A DNA stretch of 27,383 bases from Myxococcota bacterium. Its GTDB lineage: Bacteria; Myxococcota_A; Bradymonadia; UBA7976; UBA1532. A program made the position numbers and the translations under genes. Below, one piece after another: positions 1 through 8,935 of the stretch. Under the pieces are notes generated by a model. That model was given only the letters and a program-made list of their open reading frames with translations, was not told the DNA's origin and ran no database searches. Numbering within the stretch: the first letter of the stretch is position 1; each line of letters starts with the position of its first letter. The stretch covers positions 1-27,383 of the forward strand of contig JAYZEG010000016.1 in assembly GCA_036337435.1 (NCBI GenBank), in the 5' to 3' direction.

Positions 1-897
1 CGGGCAGGTTCGTATCGAGTGCACGAGTTCGATGGACGGTCTCGCATCCGTAATACCGAACCCTTTCCCATCGAGGATTTGTTCATAGACCCGCGTATGT
101 AGGTCATCAAAGCCAGATGAAAAATCAAATCCATCATCTCCAATGGATAAACTTCGGTGTGCGTGCAATCCGCGTTCAAGATGGCCGCTCGGCAGGTCAT
201 CTACATCAATAGACAAAAACCAGCGCACTGTCGCCCTCTCAAGCACCAATTCACCACGGAATTTGGTCTCCGTACGCTCCGTCACAACGGATTTCTGAAC
301 CCCACCGAAAAGCCAGATCAGGAGATCAAAAAAATGTATCCCGATATTCATCGAGAGCCCACCGGACTTCGCGGCACGGCCCTTCCAGCTTTGGTGATAC
401 CACTGCCCACGCCGAGTGACATAAGACAGATTACAATCGAAGTTCCTGTTTGGATTTTCAGTTACTAGGCGTTTGAGGCGTTGGGCTTCATGGTGGAGCC
501 TCAATTGAAGAATTGTGTAAACTTTCCCCTCGTACTCCTCCTCAAGCTGTTCCAACTGATCGAGGTTCCATGGACTTACTACGAGGGGTTTTTCGCAAAT
601 CGCATCAGCGTTCAGCCGCATCGCTAAACGACAATGGGCATCGTGAAGATAATTCGGTGAACAAATACTGATATAATCAACAGCATCTTGATTCTCTCCA
701 CGCCGCAGTTTCTCAAGGTGGCGGTCAAATCGTTCAACCTCCGTAAAGAAGCGACAGCTCGGAAAATATCGGTCCAAAATGCCAACGCCATCATAGGGGT
801 CACAAGCTGCAACCAATCTATTGCCGGTTTGATGAATGGCTTTCATGTGACGTGGGGCTACAAAACCCGCCGCGCCTAACATTCCAAAGACTGCCAT
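1..897 (-). CDS. wbpB: Gfo/Idh/MocA oxidoreductase, WbpB/WlbA-type UDP-N-acetylglucosaminuronate 3-dehydrogenase (3' end runs off the window)
   Basis: Manual translation from ATG at 897 stays open to base 1: MAVFGMLGAAGFVAPRHMKAI...FFTEVERFDRHLEK...ISICSPNYLHDAH...ICEKPL...WYHQSWKG...KSGGLSMNIGIHFFD...GFDDLHTRVY. These match WbpB/WlbA signatures. An AAGGTG SD-like sequence lies upstream. Absent from the ORF track because no stop codon falls in the window. Confidence 0.9.
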   Translation of the reverse strand, partial: MAVFGMLGAAGFVAPRHMKAIHQTGNRLVAACDPYDGVGILDRYFPSCRFFTEVERFDRHLEKLRRGENQDAVDYISICSPNYLHDAHCRLAMRLNADAICEKPLVVSPWNLDQLEQLEEEYEGKVYTILQLRLHHEAQRLKRLVTENPNRNFDCNLSYVTRRGQWYHQSWKGRAAKSGGLSMNIGIHFFDLLIWLFGGVQKSVVTERTETKFRGELVLERATVRWFLSIDVDDLPSGHLERGLHAHRSLSIGDDGFDFSSGFDDLHTRVYEQILDGKGFGITDARPSIELVHSIRTCP

Positions 898-981
898 GAT
901 GGACACCTTACCTTGAGATACTGGCTCAGACTATGCGTGACTTTTCAACCGAATGCCAGTGCAGAAAACGCAAGCAGGACG

Positions 982-3900
982 CTATGGGTCGTCCGATGCG
1001 ATGTACCTGGTATTCTTCCGACGCCCCTTTCGCATCAAAAGGCCATCCTTGGTCCACTGTTTTAGCCGTTTCGTTGCAGCATAAGCTGAGCAACCCAGTG
1101 CCTCTCGGACGATTTGATTCGTTAACACGCCATGAAAAACCAATAGTTCATTTATGAATTTCGGCAATTCAGGTCCGCGCTGTAAACTTGACGCCGCTAC
1201 CCGCGAGCCTCCTTTGCTCGTTTGAGTCAGATTTGAGCCGCCGAAGAGGGCAGAAACCGTGGTTTGCTCTTGTGCCATTGGCAATCCATAGTTGATCAAC
1301 GAATCAAATAAGCCGCGCTTTCGCTCCTGGGTCCGCACAACACGCTCTTCGATCGTGCCCGCCGCAATGAGCTTAAAAACTAATACGGATTTGTCTTGCC
1401 CGATGCGATATGCCCTATCCATCGCCTGGTCTTCCACAGCAGGGTTCCACCAAGGATCAAGCAGCACCACTCGGTCTGCAGCTGTCAGATTGAGGCCTGT
1501 GCCACCCGCCTTTAGGCTGATCAAAAAAACATCGGCACCATCGGGCTGATTCCAGGCTGACTGAAGGGCAAGCCGATCCCGTGTCGAACCATCCAGGTAA
1601 AGGTAATCGAGCCCCAAGTCTTCGAGGTCCAGCTTCACGTATGCCAACAGACTCGTCCACTGTGAAAAAATTAGCCAACGATGGTTCTTACCCGGCGCAC
1701 TCGTGAGGAGACGCCTGAGGCACTGTCGCTTGCCTGCTTGGTAACCATCATAACCTGGGACAATATTAGGATCGCACGCAGCTTGCCGAAGCCTCATCAT
1801 TGCTTCGAACATCGCAAACCGGGTTTTTTGGAAACCATCCTTGGCCAATCGATATCCAATCTTGCGTCTAAAATTTGCCTCGAGCGCCGCGTACATTTCC
1901 GACTGATCCGGAGCCATCTGGCAGAGCTCGTAGCGCACCTCTTTCGGAGGCAGTTCTTGAGCGACCGCCTCTTTGAGCCGCCTCAGCAAAAAAGGGTCAA
2001 TACAGCGGGTTAGATGGGCTATTTTCCGGTTGCTCGACTCGGTTCCAGGGGCTTGTTCAATGGACCTGAATTGCCGAATAAAACTCGGCCGTTTCGCAAA
2101 GACCCCCGGGGCAACAAAATCAGAGATACTCCAAAACTCAGCTAAACTGTTCTCGAAGGGCGTGCCGGTGAGCGCAAATCGTGCGGTCGCTTTAAGGCGA
2201 CGGCACGCCCGCGACGTTTTGCTGGTTGGATTCTTTATCGCTTGCGCCTCATCCAAGATCACACAAGTCCAGGCATTTTTGCAGAGCTTCGAAATGTCAC
2301 TGCGAACGATGCCGTAGGTTGTGAGAATGACATCCGCCGCTCGGTCAATCTGCCGTCGAGAGCCGTAATATTGGGACACAGTGAGTGTCGGGACGAATCG
2401 CTTAGCCTCCTCAAGCCAATTGCCGATCACCGACGTTGGGCACACAACCAGCATGGGCTTGTTTATAGGGACCGCCTCTTTTAACCAAGCCATAAAAACA
2501 AGTGCCTGACAGGTCTTACCCAGCCCCATATCATCAGCAAGAATACCGCCTGACCCAACAAGAAAACGCTGCTGCAACCACCCTACACCCATCCGCTGGT
2601 ACTCCCTCAGGGTGCAATGGTTCGTATGGAAGTTCAGTGTTATATCCGCGGCGGGCGCCTGCCTCAGGTACTCGGGCGGCACACCAACCAACGCAGCTAA
2701 CCCGCGTAAGGGTGCTATCGCTTTTTGCGGGACAGTCTCGCCATGTAGTGCCTGGAGACGCAGAAGGTCATCTAATGGATTGCCGTACTGCTGAAGCCAC
2801 TCCTGCGGCAACATCATCCGTCCGCTCGTTCCCAGCCCAAATGTTGTCTTGCCACGCTGCCAGGCATTGAGGATTCGAATCAGCGGAATCGCGCAAGCCC
2901 CCTTACAAAATGAGAGCGACATGAATAATCCATTCTCGTCAGCACGCCAGCGTCCAACCAGTCGCAACCCATCTGCAACGTCAATATCGATTGACTGTTG
3001 CCCAAATGAACTGCTTGCAAGCTCGGGCTGCAACCAAGTCAATGAAGGGGCCTGCATAAAAACTGAGACTGGCTGCCCCTGCTCATCGCAGAGAAATTCG
3101 GGTCTAGGCCAGCCACTAAAACCGCTGGATAGAATGGCCAACTGATTGCCCACCTCAACGGTCACAAACCTCGTTGAATCGTATGCAACTCGACGTACCT
3201 CCGCGGAGAGTAGGGATTCAAAATGTGGTCTCTCTTCAGGTGAAACGTAGAGCATCTCGTCCAAAGTGCCTTCAGGGCTACGTGCAATGCGCTCGTAAAC
3301 GTTGAAACGCCTCACACAGCCCCGCGTTGCAGCGTACCCGCTGCCGACCCCTGCAAGCGGCAGTTCGGCTGCTGTGCACTGCATGACAAGTCCGCCATCA
3401 GTGGCCGAGTAAATGACGAATGGCCGACAGTTGACAGACTCCGCAGTGACCAAGGCGAAGTCCACCCCGCCAGAATCGATTTCAAGAGCCAGAAGTCGCT
3501 CCATTAAAGCGTCTTCGGCTTCCATCAAAAGCTGCCGACAACGCCACAACTCGTGCGGTCCGGCCGGGCGTTGGTTTCGAGCATCCAAAACGCGCTCAGC
3601 CGCTCGCAGCACCGCCCCAACGAGCACACTGCCCCCGGTGTTGCCCAAGACGGCTGTCCGAACGAAGAGCTCGACTCCAGGGGCCATGGCCAAAAGCCGG
3701 CTCCACTCTTCATGATGCCAATTTTTGCGCTGGAACGAAAATGATGCCTCAGCAGATGTCGGTGCTAAATCCCATTCGTACGCAGCCTGGCTCCGAGGCC
3801 ATAATTGAGCTTTCTTTTCCAACGGGATTCGGCTCAAGAAAAGCAGCTTGCAAAGAATTTCATACTGCTCCAACTGGGCACTCGACTTGGCAGGCACCCG

Positions 3901-4155
3901 CGTTTCAAAAGAATCAAGAAGGGCTTCGTAAGTACGTCGAATATGAAATAATGAGCCATGAGAACCGCCATGGTCCACAACACTGGGGAGTGCGGCAGCT
4001 GAACCGGAATTCCCCTCCCCGACGAGCAAACTCGATGCCCGTTCTCCAAGAGCCTCGATCAAAGATGCGACGGGAGCACTCAAACAGCGCCAACAAATCG
4101 GCCACTCACTCAACAGTGACTCGACGTTTGATGAACCATCGTTCGTGGCGTCCAT
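982..4155 (-). CDS. SNF2-family DEAD/DEAH helicase-like ATPase with C-terminal winged helix
   Basis: 1057 aa. Motifs LREYQ, GILADDMGLGKT (Walker A), LVVCPTS, ILDEAQAIKN (Walker B), LTGTPFEN, LRRLK, LIFSQW, FLISLKAGGTGLNLTAAD and DPWWNPAVEDQAMDRAYRIGQ. Strong AAGGAG RBS before the ATG. Confidence 0.93.
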   Translation of the reverse strand: MDATNDGSSNVESLLSEWPICWRCLSAPVASLIEALGERASSLLVGEGNSGSAAALPSVVDHGGSHGSLFHIRRTYEALLDSFETRVPAKSSAQLEQYEILCKLLFLSRIPLEKKAQLWPRSQAAYEWDLAPTSAEASFSFQRKNWHHEEWSRLLAMAPGVELFVRTAVLGNTGGSVLVGAVLRAAERVLDARNQRPAGPHELWRCRQLLMEAEDALMERLLALEIDSGGVDFALVTAESVNCRPFVIYSATDGGLVMQCTAAELPLAGVGSGYAATRGCVRRFNVYERIARSPEGTLDEMLYVSPEERPHFESLLSAEVRRVAYDSTRFVTVEVGNQLAILSSGFSGWPRPEFLCDEQGQPVSVFMQAPSLTWLQPELASSSFGQQSIDIDVADGLRLVGRWRADENGLFMSLSFCKGACAIPLIRILNAWQRGKTTFGLGTSGRMMLPQEWLQQYGNPLDDLLRLQALHGETVPQKAIAPLRGLAALVGVPPEYLRQAPAADITLNFHTNHCTLREYQRMGVGWLQQRFLVGSGGILADDMGLGKTCQALVFMAWLKEAVPINKPMLVVCPTSVIGNWLEEAKRFVPTLTVSQYYGSRRQIDRAADVILTTYGIVRSDISKLCKNAWTCVILDEAQAIKNPTSKTSRACRRLKATARFALTGTPFENSLAEFWSISDFVAPGVFAKRPSFIRQFRSIEQAPGTESSNRKIAHLTRCIDPFLLRRLKEAVAQELPPKEVRYELCQMAPDQSEMYAALEANFRRKIGYRLAKDGFQKTRFAMFEAMMRLRQAACDPNIVPGYDGYQAGKRQCLRRLLTSAPGKNHRWLIFSQWTSLLAYVKLDLEDLGLDYLYLDGSTRDRLALQSAWNQPDGADVFLISLKAGGTGLNLTAADRVVLLDPWWNPAVEDQAMDRAYRIGQDKSVLVFKLIAAGTIEERVVRTQERKRGLFDSLINYGLPMAQEQTTVSALFGGSNLTQTSKGGSRVAASSLQRGPELPKFINELLVFHGVLTNQIVREALGCSAYAATKRLKQWTKDGLLMRKGRRKNTRYIASDDP

Positions 4156-4346
4156 AATCTCCTTATCTAATGCCTACGACGACGGGGCCAGTTGGCCCTA
4201 TACTGCTCGTCTACTCCGTCTAAACTACCCTGGACGTCGAACGAAATAAAAGGGTCATTGTAGCTCGGCGTTTTGGCCCTGTTTTAGATGAGTGTTTTCA
4301 GACCGTTTTTGAGTTAGGGTAAGCAAAGAGGGGAAAAAGGACTGAC

Positions 4347-7043
4347 ATGGCCAACACAGAGAAATGTCTATACCTAATCGACGGCTCGGGCTTCATTTTT
4401 AGAGCTTATTACGGCATCCGTGCTCCCATGACAGCAACGGACGGAACACCAACCAACGCCGCCTACGGATTTACACGGTTGTTGATGAATCTAATTAGGG
4501 ACAGAGACCCTCGCAATATCGCGGTTGTCTTCGACCCGCCCGGCCCAACGTTTAGGAACGACATCTTTCCGGAGTACAAAGCCAATCGGAGCGAGCCGCC
4601 AGACGATTTAAAACCCCAGTTCTCCCTTTGTCGACAGGCGGTGGTCGCCTTCGGCATACCCGCCGTTGAAAAATCGGGTTTCGAAGCAGATGACGTGATT
4701 GGAACACTCGCCAATCGTTGGGTCGCAGACGATGCAGAGCGCACCTGTGTCATCGTCACTGCTGACAAAGATATGATGCAGCTGGTTTCCGATCGGGTCA
4801 CCATGTGGGATGGAAAAGAGAAAGAGACCGATATCGCGGGCGTTCACGCCAAATTTGGCGTTGGCCCAGAAACGGTGGCTGCCCTTCTTGGCCTTGCGGG
4901 CGATTCATCGGACAACATACCTGGTGTTCCAGGTATTGGACCCAAAACGGCCGCCACATTGCTGCAAACATATGGGGATATGGACGCCTTACTTGGTGCA
5001 GCCGATAATATCAAAGGAAAACGTGGCGAAAACCTGCGCGACTTTGCCGAGCAGGCACGCCTGTCAGAGGTGCTCGCAACCATCAAAACAGATGTGCCGA
5101 TCGAGGTCGAAGACACGGCACTCAAGCGAGGAGAGCCAGACCCGGATAAATTAGGGGATTTCCTTAGAGCCCTTAATTTCAAGCGCATGATCGCTGAATT
5201 CGGGCTGGAAGATCGGGCGATAACAAAGACTCAGGTCGACCGAAAGAGGTACAAGACGATACTGAATGGGGACGCTCTCCGGGCTGCAACTCAACAAATC
5301 CGTAACGCTGGCATACTCGCTTTTGACCTTGAGACGACGTCGCTGTCCACCCTCGATGCCGACATTGTAGGCATCGCCATGGCGTGGGCCCCAAATGAAG
5401 CAGTCTATGTCCCAGTGGGGCACTCTTGTCCTGAAACCCAATTATCACTCCAAGAGGTGAGTGATATCATCGGCCCTCTCCTCACGGACCAAGATCTTCC
5501 GAAAATTGCGCAAAACATCAAATACGAAATTAAGGTCTTGGAGCGAACATTGGGTTTGCAGATCAACGGTGTTGAAACAGACACGATGATCGCAGCATAT
5601 CTGTTGGACCCAGGCCGACGTCAATTTGGACTCGACGAACTTTCTATGGATCACCTTGGGCACAAAATGATCACCTTCGCTGAGGTGACAGGTGAAAAAT
5701 CGCCCGGAGATGGCGCATTCGTGGCCGTGCCTCTCGATGCCGCCACCGAGTATGCGGCCGAAGATGCAGATATTACTCTCCGACTCGCTCAAGATCTGAT
5801 GCCAAAAATCGTGAAGGGCGGACTCGAATCTCTTCTATCGAGCGTTGAGATTCCCCTGATCAATGTTATCGCAAAGATGGAGACAGCCGGCATCCTCGTT
5901 GACGGTGCAATGCTAAAGCAACAATCGAGTGAATTCTCGGTTCGCCTTGCTCACCTCACAGAGTCGATCCATGACCTCGCCGAGGGGCCTTTCAATATTG
6001 ACAGCCCAAAACAACTGGCAGAAATCCTGTTCGAACGACTGGGCTTGCCGGCCGAAAAAAAGACAAAAACCGGGTACAGCACAGACCAAACCGTCCTGGG
6101 CAACCTTGCGGCACTACATCCGTTGCCGGAAAAAGTTCTTGAATATCGACACCTCACAAAACTGAAAAACACGTATCTTGACACTTTACCGCAGATGATT
6201 CATCCCAAGACGGGTCGTCTACACACCTCGTTCCATCAAGCGGTCGCAGCGACGGGCCGGCTGAGCAGCAGTGAACCAAACCTCCAGAATATACCCATAA
6301 GGACCGCCGAGGGGCGAGCCATTCGTCAGGCTTTTGTTGCCCCAGCAGGCCACAAGTTAATCAGTGCCGATTACAGTCAAATTGAACTTCGTCTGCTCGC
6401 TCATTATTCGGAAGATCCCGGGCTAATTGGCAGTTTTCAGGACAAGGCAGACATTCACCGTCGCACTGCGGCCCAAGTGTTTGGTGTTGACGAAGCTGCT
6501 GTAACGTCAGAGCAGCGGCGCCAAGCGAAAGCGGTCAACTTTGGTCTCATGTATGGCATGAGTGCATTCAGGCTGAGTAACGAACTCAAGATCCCGCAAA
6601 AGGTCGCCCGTGGCATTATTCGCAAATACTTTGCGCAATACAGCGGTGTTCGCGCCTACTTTGAAAAAGCCGTCGATGACGCTCGGATAAGCCAGAAAGC
6701 GACAACCATCCTCGGCCGAACAAGGACGCTTGGCCACATCAATTCACAGAGCTTTAACTTAAAGCAGCAGTCGGAACGACTTGCCATCAACACGCCGATT
6801 CAAGGGTCGGCGGCCGACATGCTCAAACTGGCGATGATTCGACTCGATAAAGCACTCACGGAGCGGTCTCTCCGCACACGGATGCTGCTGACAGTCCATG
6901 ACGAACTCGTTCTCGAGGTGCCTGATGAAGAGGTGGAAATGGCCGCGCCGCTGATTCAAGAAACCATGGAGTCAGTTCTTGATTTGCGGGTGCCACTGGT
7001 TGTCGAGCTCGGAATTGGCGAAAATTGGGCGGAGATTCACTAG
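4347..7043 (+). CDS. polA: DNA polymerase I
   Basis: 898 aa. 5'-3' nuclease motifs LIDGSGFIFRAYY, YKANR, FEADDVIGT, GDSSDNIPGVPGIGPKTA; 3'-5' exonuclease motifs FDLET and YAAEDAD; polymerase motifs ATGRLSSSEPNLQNIP, ADYSQIELR, RRQAKAVNFGLMYG and VHDELV. Confidence 0.99.
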   Translation: MANTEKCLYLIDGSGFIFRAYYGIRAPMTATDGTPTNAAYGFTRLLMNLIRDRDPRNIAVVFDPPGPTFRNDIFPEYKANRSEPPDDLKPQFSLCRQAVVAFGIPAVEKSGFEADDVIGTLANRWVADDAERTCVIVTADKDMMQLVSDRVTMWDGKEKETDIAGVHAKFGVGPETVAALLGLAGDSSDNIPGVPGIGPKTAATLLQTYGDMDALLGAADNIKGKRGENLRDFAEQARLSEVLATIKTDVPIEVEDTALKRGEPDPDKLGDFLRALNFKRMIAEFGLEDRAITKTQVDRKRYKTILNGDALRAATQQIRNAGILAFDLETTSLSTLDADIVGIAMAWAPNEAVYVPVGHSCPETQLSLQEVSDIIGPLLTDQDLPKIAQNIKYEIKVLERTLGLQINGVETDTMIAAYLLDPGRRQFGLDELSMDHLGHKMITFAEVTGEKSPGDGAFVAVPLDAATEYAAEDADITLRLAQDLMPKIVKGGLESLLSSVEIPLINVIAKMETAGILVDGAMLKQQSSEFSVRLAHLTESIHDLAEGPFNIDSPKQLAEILFERLGLPAEKKTKTGYSTDQTVLGNLAALHPLPEKVLEYRHLTKLKNTYLDTLPQMIHPKTGRLHTSFHQAVAATGRLSSSEPNLQNIPIRTAEGRAIRQAFVAPAGHKLISADYSQIELRLLAHYSEDPGLIGSFQDKADIHRRTAAQVFGVDEAAVTSEQRRQAKAVNFGLMYGMSAFRLSNELKIPQKVARGIIRKYFAQYSGVRAYFEKAVDDARISQKATTILGRTRTLGHINSQSFNLKQQSERLAINTPIQGSAADMLKLAMIRLDKALTERSLRTRMLLTVHDELVLEVPDEEVEMAAPLIQETMESVLDLRVPLVVELGIGENWAEIH

Positions 7044-7045
7044 CG

Positions 7046-8899
7046 ATGGTGAAACCGTTCCCAGATCCATCAGATATGGCTCAGGTCGATGCGCTTAAGC
7101 AGCGCGTCGCGGAACTAGAGCAAGTGGTCGGTAGCCAAGAAGATCGTCTGGCAGGTCTCTTGCGGATTGCAGCAAATTTGACGAGCAGCCGTGAGCCTAA
7201 AAAAGCGATGAAAGTCATCGTCGACGATATTTCAGCCCTAATGCAGGCCGGCCGGACAACGATCTACGAACTGTGCCGAGATGAAAGACTTCTGCGCGGC
7301 TTGGCTGTGCAGGGATCTGGAAGCCTTGAAGTCGGCATTCCACTCGGCCGCGGTGTTGCCGGCCAGGTTGCTCTAAAGAATCGGTCGATAAATCTGAAGG
7401 ATGCTTATCAACACCCCCATTTTGACCCGAAATTTGATAAGTTAACAGGCTTCAAGACCAAATCGATGCTCTGCGTGCCGATGCGAAACCACAAGCGAGA
7501 AGTGATTGGTGTCGTGCAGGTGCTCAATAAGGCAGACGGCTACTTTACCGTGGAAGACGAACGCCTCCTCAGTGCCCTGGCGACCCAAGCCGCAATCACG
7601 CTGGAGGCGTTGCATCTGCAGTTGCGACTCAATATCGGCAACGCTGAGCTCCGGGATCTGTCCACTCGCCTCCGGCAGAAAGTACATGAACTCGAGCTGC
7701 TGTACGACAACGAGCGAGCGATGGCGGAAGCTGAAGAAGCGGATGATCTGGCTGCCTGGGTTCTCAGCGTCGCGGCCCGGGTGGTTGGCTGTGAATTTGC
7801 AGGTCTTTACTTACCAGAGGAAAGCGGTTTCGGGCCAGCTTGGGTTCGCGATGGAGATCCGAACACCCCCCTCGAGAGGCTCGAACGCGTCGACCTTGGA
7901 GACGGCGTACTCGGCCGAACGGCAAGCAGAGGCATTGTACTCAATCTGATTGGGAGTGCCTTCGAAGACCTGGATATCCCTGCACGTGTGGGAGGGCAGT
8001 GTACACGGAGGGTGACAGACGCACTTGCGGTGCCGCTTCTTGACGGAGACAGCACCAAAGGTGCCCTAGCCCTATTCAACCGGAGAGGCCTAGACCATCG
8101 CGACCAAGGTGCTGACGAACAACTTGCGGTCTTGATTGCAGGCCAAATGGCGCGCGCCGTCGAGCGAATCGCCCAGAGACGACACGCGCAACAACATGAT
8201 CGCCTGATGACGATTGGACAGATGCTTAGCAGTGTTCTTCATGACCTCAAAGGCCCCATGACCGTCATCAGTGGATACAGCCAGCTCATGGCTGGTACCG
8301 ATTCGGCAGAAGAACGAGCTGAGATGTCGACCGCCATCAGGCGGCAGGTGCATCAGTTCAACGATATGACACGGGAGGTCATGGCGTTTGTCCGCGGTGA
8401 ACGCCGCGTGTTTGCCAGAAAGGTCTATCTAAATCGCTTCGTGAAAGCTGTAGAAGAGGTCCTCGATCCTGAGTTTGAGGGCGGCATGGTGACATTTACG
8501 GTTGAAAACCGATCACGTGCTCCGGGCTGGTTTGATGAACGGAAGATGATGAGGGTCATCACAAATATCGCCCGGAATGCAAGACAAGCGCTGGTCGACG
8601 GTGGCGAGGTCCGCTGGGTGCTGACGGACATTGACGGTGGCGGCACAGAGTTCAGAGTGCAGGACAATGGGCCTGGGATTCCCGAGCAGATCCGCGATAC
8701 TCTCTTCGATGCCTTCACAACGTCAGGCAAACCGGAAGGCACAGGGCTTGGGTTGGCGATTGTGCGACGCATGGTTGAGGATCACGGCGGTTCTGTCTCT
8801 TTTACAACTGCGACAAATCAAGGAACGTGCTTCACCATTCGGCTGCCTGGGCCACCTGATGACGCAAAGACGACACCACCGACCTCTCTTGACGTATAG
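7046..8899 (+). CDS. GAF-GAF sensor histidine kinase (soluble)
   Basis: GAF-A carries DAYQHPHFDPKFDKLTGFKTKSMLCVPM and NKADGYFTVEDE; a second GAF follows. H-box HDLKGPMT, N-box NIARNA, DNGPGIP and GTGLGL are present. ATG 7046 is preferred over TTG 7025, which lies inside polA; GGAG at 7031. Confidence 0.92.
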   Translation: MVKPFPDPSDMAQVDALKQRVAELEQVVGSQEDRLAGLLRIAANLTSSREPKKAMKVIVDDISALMQAGRTTIYELCRDERLLRGLAVQGSGSLEVGIPLGRGVAGQVALKNRSINLKDAYQHPHFDPKFDKLTGFKTKSMLCVPMRNHKREVIGVVQVLNKADGYFTVEDERLLSALATQAAITLEALHLQLRLNIGNAELRDLSTRLRQKVHELELLYDNERAMAEAEEADDLAAWVLSVAARVVGCEFAGLYLPEESGFGPAWVRDGDPNTPLERLERVDLGDGVLGRTASRGIVLNLIGSAFEDLDIPARVGGQCTRRVTDALAVPLLDGDSTKGALALFNRRGLDHRDQGADEQLAVLIAGQMARAVERIAQRRHAQQHDRLMTIGQMLSSVLHDLKGPMTVISGYSQLMAGTDSAEERAEMSTAIRRQVHQFNDMTREVMAFVRGERRVFARKVYLNRFVKAVEEVLDPEFEGGMVTFTVENRSRAPGWFDERKMMRVITNIARNARQALVDGGEVRWVLTDIDGGGTEFRVQDNGPGIPEQIRDTLFDAFTTSGKPEGTGLGLAIVRRMVEDHGGSVSFTTATNQGTCFTIRLPGPPDDAKTTPPTSLDV

Positions 8900-8935
8900 A
8901 TTCAAAGAGTGCGTTACAGACAACACTGGACTGAC

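Noticed and set aside
157..879. ORF-track entries 157..468, 624..812 and 688..879
   Set aside because: Shadows of the real minus-strand wbpB-like gene at 1..897.
1292..4157. Numerous plus-strand ORFs opposite the SNF2 gene
   Set aside because: Antisense shadows with no recognisable motifs.
7025..7045. TTG start for the kinase
   Set aside because: Overlaps the polA end; ATG 7046 is more plausible.
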